Of a stretch of DNA of 55,653 nucleotides, positions 51,830-55,653 are shown piece after piece (position 1 is the stretch's first letter; each line of letters starts with the position of its first letter). Origin of the DNA: an uncultured Rikenellaceae bacterium (lineage in GTDB: Bacteria; Bacteroidota; Bacteroidia; Bacteroidales; VadinHA17); assembly GCA_964387565.1 (NCBI GenBank), contig CAYLYN010000004.1:1-55653 (forward strand), written 5' to 3'. The notes under the pieces are model-generated. The model saw only the letters and a program-made list of their open reading frames with translations, was not told where the DNA came from and did not search any database. The position numbers and the translations under genes are program-made.

Positions 51830-53362
51830 TTAATTGTGAGATCCAGTGTTACCGGTCTTTTCATTGAACTCGCAAACAACTCTGAATCCCACATTAAAAC
51901 AATCGGAATACCACCATATGCTTTTTGGCATTTGAGGATCAGTTTTAAGCCAGGCGGCAGTTCGCGTATAATCGCGGGCAGCACTTCTCAGAACATCTGC
52001 AGTGCTAAGGAATGATCCGCCTCTTACTACTCTTTCCTCACCTGAAGCCGGACCTGTTGGATCTTTCACAACTCCTTCCGGGTATATCGAATAGGCATCC
52101 GGCTGGTACCAGTCCGAACAGAATTCAGCAACATTCCCCAGCATATTTTTAAGTCCGAAAGCATTTGGTTTTACCCTGTCAGCAAGTTGTGTCTTTGCAG
52201 AACTGTTGGCTTTATATATCACATATGTGTTGATAACTGTTGTATCGTTTCTGGAAAGCTTTGCCCTGAGTCCGGTTTTCTGAAACTTATCAGGATCGCC
52301 AGGGAAAAAGTATGGCCCTTCACTACCCGAACGGCATGCATATTCCCACTCTGCTTCTGTTGGCAGACGATAGGTTTTGCCTGTTACCTTGCTTAGCCAC
52401 CTGCAGTAGGTCTCAGCAGCATGAAAAGAGAATGATATGGCAGGCCTCTGCCCCATTCCCCATCCCTGGTCAGGCTGTCCGTAAGGAGGAGTTGCACCGG
52501 ATATAGCATCAGTTTCATTCTCCCGATTTTTTCGGGTACCTTCCGTATCAGTAGTGCGACCCTCGGCAGCTGTCTGTACATAAAAAGCCAGATATTCATC
52601 CCAGGTTACCTCTATCTCAGCCATAAAGAAAGGACTCAGCTCAACTTCCCTTACCGGCCCTTCATCAGGCTGCCTGAAAGGCTCATCAGGAGGACTGCCC
52701 ATTTTGAACTTTCCTCCGGGAACAGCAACCATATTGAATGATACAGATGAGTTTGGAATCTTTTCAGTATAATTTTCAAATTTATCCACTATTGCAGGTT
52801 CAGTATATATTTCCTTTGGAGCAGCCGATGCAGCACCGAATGTAGCATTGCTGCCATGTGTATATCCCTCTATATAATGACCTGCATTCAGGTGGCAGTT
52901 AATACAATGTAATTCATCATTATCTTTTGTCTGTGTGTAATATAAATGGGCATTCTCACCCTCCTTTGTAAGCTTTGCAGGAAACAGGTTTACATGACAT
53001 TTCTTACAGCTGCTTTCAAAAACATGTCCTCGCGCTACTTCAAGCCTTCCCCTCTCTTCCCAGTTAAATGATGCGGAATCCTTTGTCCAGTAACTCCAGA
53101 GATCTCTCAATCCTGTTTTAGCTTTATGATAAAGGTAATTATCTCCTTTGGGCGGGAGATGGCATTCAACGCAGGCAATTCGTGATCCTGATCTTGTATC
53201 ATAATGAACCGATTTTTTCCAGGCTGCATCAGCCAGGGGATGTATGTGACAGGACATGCAAAAATCATTTGAGGATGTTATATCAATGGCTTTTCCCCCC
53301 CCAAGTATCAGTAATGCTCCCAAAATCAGACCGGGAACAAACCAAAGCAGAACTTTCTTCAT
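51830..53362 (-). CDS. membrane-anchored NapC/NirT-type tetrahaem cytochrome c fused to an FGE/SUMF1-fold domain lacking the catalytic Cys pair
   Basis: 510 aa with an N-terminal TM helix. Four CXXCH motifs (CMSCH, CVECH, CKKCH, CINCH) lie within aa 35-157. aa ~205-505 show FGE-sulfatase-fold signatures (VPGGKFKMGSP, EVTWDEY, RLPTEAEWEYACR, RGGSFLSTADVLRSAAR, VGFRVV). Confidence 0.75.
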   Translation of the reverse strand: MKKVLLWFVPGLILGALLILGGGKAIDITSSNDFCMSCHIHPLADAAWKKSVHYDTRSGSRIACVECHLPPKGDNYLYHKAKTGLRDLWSYWTKDSASFNWEERGRLEVARGHVFESSCKKCHVNLFPAKLTKEGENAHLYYTQTKDNDELHCINCHLNAGHYIEGYTHGSNATFGAASAAPKEIYTEPAIVDKFENYTEKIPNSSVSFNMVAVPGGKFKMGSPPDEPFRQPDEGPVREVELSPFFMAEIEVTWDEYLAFYVQTAAEGRTTDTEGTRKNRENETDAISGATPPYGQPDQGWGMGQRPAISFSFHAAETYCRWLSKVTGKTYRLPTEAEWEYACRSGSEGPYFFPGDPDKFQKTGLRAKLSRNDTTVINTYVIYKANSSAKTQLADRVKPNAFGLKNMLGNVAEFCSDWYQPDAYSIYPEGVVKDPTGPASGEERVVRGGSFLSTADVLRSAARDYTRTAAWLKTDPQMPKSIWWYSDCFNVGFRVVCEFNEKTGNTGSHN

Positions 53363-53415
53363 TTTTGTTTTTTTTGAGGCTTAAGATAGATAATTATCTT
53401 TCACAAGCCACAGGC

Positions 53416-53431
53416 TGTGAAAATTTTCACA
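53416..53431. promoter_or_regulatory. perfect CRP/FNR-type palindrome TGTGA-AAATTT-TCACA in a divergent promoter region
   Basis: Read directly. An extra TCACA half-site lies at 53401-53405 and a 12-bp palindrome AGATAATTATCT at 53388-53399. The site centre is about 61 nt from the cytochrome-FGE ATG and about 76 nt from the 53500 ATG. Confidence 0.45.
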
Positions 53432-53499
53432 ATAAAAACAGTCAAAAACAGTTACTTATTGTTATAGTTTAAATTGTAATTTTGGCATTCAACCAAATA

Positions 53500-54930
53500 A
53501 TGATGAAAAGGATTCTTATTCTCCTGCTTGTTATCATTTCTGCATCTTCCGTATTTGCACATCCATGGAAACCAAGACATTATGTAATTGTTGATACCGA
53601 TGCAGGGATTGACGACATCAAAGCTATCTCAATGCTCCTGGCATCTCCTGATGTGAGGGTTCTGGCAATAAGTATATCCCCTGGAGCTCTGAATGCCCAG
53701 GCAGGTTACCGGAAGATTAAAAGCCTTCTTAACAGCTATTACCACGAGGGTATCCCGGTTGGCATAAACAGATCCTGCGGTTTCAAATCGCCGGATTTTC
53801 CAAATGCCCTTGAAGCCAGATGGGGAGATGAAACTCTTGTTAATCCGGCTGATGCACCGGAAAGCATTGATATGCTCAGAGAAATATTCTCCATTGAAAA
53901 AAACAAAGTGAGTATGATATGCCTGGGAGGATTATCAACTGCAGCGTCTGCCCTGAAACAGATCCCTCAGACCAGGGAAAGTATCAGACAGATAATCTGG
54001 AGTGCCGATGGATTCTCAGATAAAATGGGATTTAATTTTAAAATTGACCCTAAATCCGCAGCTAGTGTTATTGGAGGCGGAATACCGGTTTCAGTGGTGA
54101 AAAGTGCAGGATCAGTTGAATTCTATGATCATTCCCTGATTGGCAGAATCTCAGAAATCAACAATGTATATTCGGGAATGATCTCAAAATTCCTAAAATC
54201 AGAAGAAGGCAGGAATCATGAATTTTCGTTCAGTCTTGTTGATGATGCTGTGCCGGTATATTTGCATTATCCTGCACTCTTCAGTACCGATTCAACTGAA
54301 AAAGGCATTGAAGCTGTTCCTGATGATATCAGTCAGATAAAAGATAAAACAATAAAAATTTTCCGTGGAGAAACTGTTGAAAGAAACCAGGTTATTAAGG
54401 AGTTACCGGTGACTCCATCATTTTATTTCAATGACATTGAATCTTCTGTATCAGAGATCATTAACAAATACGGACCCGACGAATGGACATCAGGTGTGAT
54501 AGCAAATGAACTGCACAGACACCTAGGTGTATTTGCTATTGCAGGTGTTAAGATGGGAATCAGGGCCAGAGAGTATTTTGATACAGGTGTTGATGAATTT
54601 AAAGTAACATCATTTGCAGGATCCATGCCTCCACTCAGCTGCATGAATGACGGTCTGCAGGTAAGCACAGGTGCTACTCCGGGTCACGGTCTCCTTACTG
54701 TTAAATCAGATTCGCTTGCCCCTGCAGCAATATTCACATATATGAACAGGAAAATTAAACTCACTCTGAAACCCGACATTGCAGCAATGATCAGTAACGA
54801 ACTTAGCGAAATCAATTTTGTATATGGTCTTGACAGCGATATCTACTGGGAACTGGTCAGGAAAAATTCAATAAAATACTGGTTAAAGCTTGACCGACAT
54901 GATATTTTCATAATCGAAAAGCTTCACTGA
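53500..54930 (+). CDS. secreted fusion protein: inosine-uridine nucleoside-hydrolase-like domain + FmdE-like domain
   Basis: ATG at 53500/53503 (the ORF track opens at a TTG, 53482). Signal peptide ...SASSVFAHP. IUNH fingerprint VIVDTDAGIDDIKAI (DxDxxxDD, nt 53593-53616). The C-terminal segment ELHRHLGVFAIAGVKMGIRA...SCMNDGLQVSTGATPGHGLLTV matches the FmdE/FwdE family pattern. Confidence 0.7.
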   Translation: MMKRILILLLVIISASSVFAHPWKPRHYVIVDTDAGIDDIKAISMLLASPDVRVLAISISPGALNAQAGYRKIKSLLNSYYHEGIPVGINRSCGFKSPDFPNALEARWGDETLVNPADAPESIDMLREIFSIEKNKVSMICLGGLSTAASALKQIPQTRESIRQIIWSADGFSDKMGFNFKIDPKSAASVIGGGIPVSVVKSAGSVEFYDHSLIGRISEINNVYSGMISKFLKSEEGRNHEFSFSLVDDAVPVYLHYPALFSTDSTEKGIEAVPDDISQIKDKTIKIFRGETVERNQVIKELPVTPSFYFNDIESSVSEIINKYGPDEWTSGVIANELHRHLGVFAIAGVKMGIRAREYFDTGVDEFKVTSFAGSMPPLSCMNDGLQVSTGATPGHGLLTVKSDSLAPAAIFTYMNRKIKLTLKPDIAAMISNELSEINFVYGLDSDIYWELVRKNSIKYWLKLDRHDIFIIEKLH

Positions 54931-55002
54931 GAATAAAGATGAATGATTATCAAACATCCGGGGCATGTTTTTTGTTACTTCAAAGATGTTCATAACTCTG
55001 AT

Positions 55003-55341
55003 ATGAAGCAGTTATCGTTATTAGTTATTCTGTTCTCTCTGACTATTTCAGGGTGTAAAAAGAACAATTATGATGCTCCCGGATGCATTGAGGATAAAAT
55101 AGATGCCTTTAAAGTAAGCGTTGTGTGCGATCACGGGGCCTATGTGGCATTATACAGCTTTAACGATAAGGATGTATATGTTTTTTTTGAAGGATACTGC
55201 GGGGCTGATCTTGGGGCAAAAGTATACTCATCAGACTGCCTTTACCTTGGATTCCTTGGCGGAATAGCAGGGAATACATTTATCCAGGGAGTGAACTTCT
55301 ATAATAATGCCAGGTATATAAAGAGAATCTGGGAGAATTGA
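55003..55341 (+). CDS. small hypothetical lipoprotein
   Basis: The ATG at 55003 gives MKQLSLLVILFSLTISGCKKNN (lipobox). The mature part is Cys-containing and about 95 aa. No family recognised. Confidence 0.5.
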   Translation: MKQLSLLVILFSLTISGCKKNNYDAPGCIEDKIDAFKVSVVCDHGAYVALYSFNDKDVYVFFEGYCGADLGAKVYSSDCLYLGFLGGIAGNTFIQGVNFYNNARYIKRIWEN

Positions 55342-55388
55342 GATAATCCCTCTTTAAATATAACTGCAACAACACCCGGGAGATACGG

Positions 55389-55559
55389 TGTAGAAAAAAT
55401 CAAAGCTATACTATATATTTCTCTGTGTGACTCTGTGTTCCAGATAGCTCCCGATAGCTATCGGGACGGAGCTCTGTGGACCTCTGTACAACAACAAGTT
55501 AAGAACTTACACAGAGATCACAAAGTTGTCACAGAGCTTAACAGAGGACTTTTTCTACA
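55389..55559. repeat. REP/MITE-like palindromic element rich in CTCTGTG / CACAGAG heptamers
   Basis: Terminal inverted 10-mers TGTAGAAAAA (55389-98) and TTTTTCTACA (55550-59). CTCTGTG at 55421, 55431 and 55472 (variant at 55482), mirrored by CACAGAG at 55510 and 55530 (variant at 55540). Central perfect 16-bp palindrome CCCGATAGCTATCGGG (55450-65). Confidence 0.6.
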
Positions 55560-55653
55560 TCCCAATGACAATTACTGAAATGTGATGGGAAGAAACTGAG
55601 CTCCTATTTATTATAGTTATCGAAAAAATCGTTCCCCTTATCATCAGTTATTA

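Noticed and set aside
51830-52750. Idea that the FGE-fold domain is the formylglycine-generating maturase for the two sulfatases at 31-34 kb
   Set aside because: The domain lacks both catalytic/Cu-binding Cys residues (GGSFLSTADVLRSAAR). Both sulfatases are Ser-type, which FGE does not mature; they need a radical-SAM anSME. The genes are also 18 kb apart in different operons.
55604-55651. Possible 3' end of a minus-strand gene (...ITDDKGNDFFDNYNK*) at the window edge
   Set aside because: Only 15 codons are visible, so it cannot be supported or assigned.
1-55653. Searched by eye for rRNA, tRNA, CRISPR arrays, integrases/transposases/IS ends, phage genes, toxin-antitoxin pairs and classical defence genes
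   Set aside because: None found. Every long ORF has a metabolic, transport or envelope assignment. The longer non-coding stretches (228-483, 5533-5913, 8769-9244, 55342-55603) show no tRNA-like T-arm/anticodon structure and no regularly spaced repeats. The absence calls rest on visual inspection only.

Overview
This is a 55.6-kb, gene-dense chromosomal segment that reads like an anaerobic Bacteroidota genome. The signs are lipoprotein and twin-arginine signal peptides, CAZymes, Ser-type sulfatases and A/T-rich leaders without Shine-Dalgarno boxes. The taxonomic call is inference, and composition was judged by eye only. I support about 48 protein-coding genes and a handful of cis elements. I found no rRNA, tRNA, CRISPR array, integrase or transposase.

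Layout:
- 1-5.5 kb: envelope and housekeeping genes (histidine-kinase 3' end, truncated ECF sigma, beta-lactamase-like hydrolase, alpha/beta hydrolase, OsmC).
- 5.9-8.8 kb: a minus-strand arsR-hgcA-hgcB-acr3 unit, i.e. a mercury-methylation gene pair embedded in an arsenite-efflux operon.
- 9.2-18.6 kb: an ATP-grasp gene, a hydrogenase maturation protease, and a six-gene mvhD-mvhG-mvhA-hdrA'-qmoC-like-hdrA operon. This is a group-3c-type [NiFe] hydrogenase wired to a Qmo-like membrane module, with no hdrBC.
- 18.7-28.1 kb: KdgT plus a GH5 / UxaA-GarD / XylD-like / XylX-like / GntP / KGSADH (Weimberg-type) acid-sugar operon.
- 28.3-38 kb: a TAT-exported GHL6-like protein, a tandem-DUF3592 protein, a SulP-STAS-beta-carbonic-anhydrase fusion with two Ser-type sulfatases, and a cation/proton antiporter.
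- 38-45.6 kb: a methyltransferase, a DUF1295 protein, a lipoprotein PL22 lyase and glpD-glpK-glpF.
- 45.6-53.4 kb: five exclusively extracytoplasmic proteins, headed by a NapC/NirT tetrahaem cytochrome fused to a Cys-less FGE-fold domain.
- 53.5-55.3 kb: a secreted nucleoside-hydrolase-FmdE fusion and a small lipoprotein.
- The window ends in a CTCTGTG/CACAGAG-rich palindromic repeat element.

The three candidates most likely to be new biology are the Mvh-HdrA/HdrA'-QmoC-like complex, the cytochrome-FGE fusion with its periplasmic sugar-oxidation neighbours, and the hgcAB-acr3 coupling. All family assignments come from motif recognition by eye. No database search was run.
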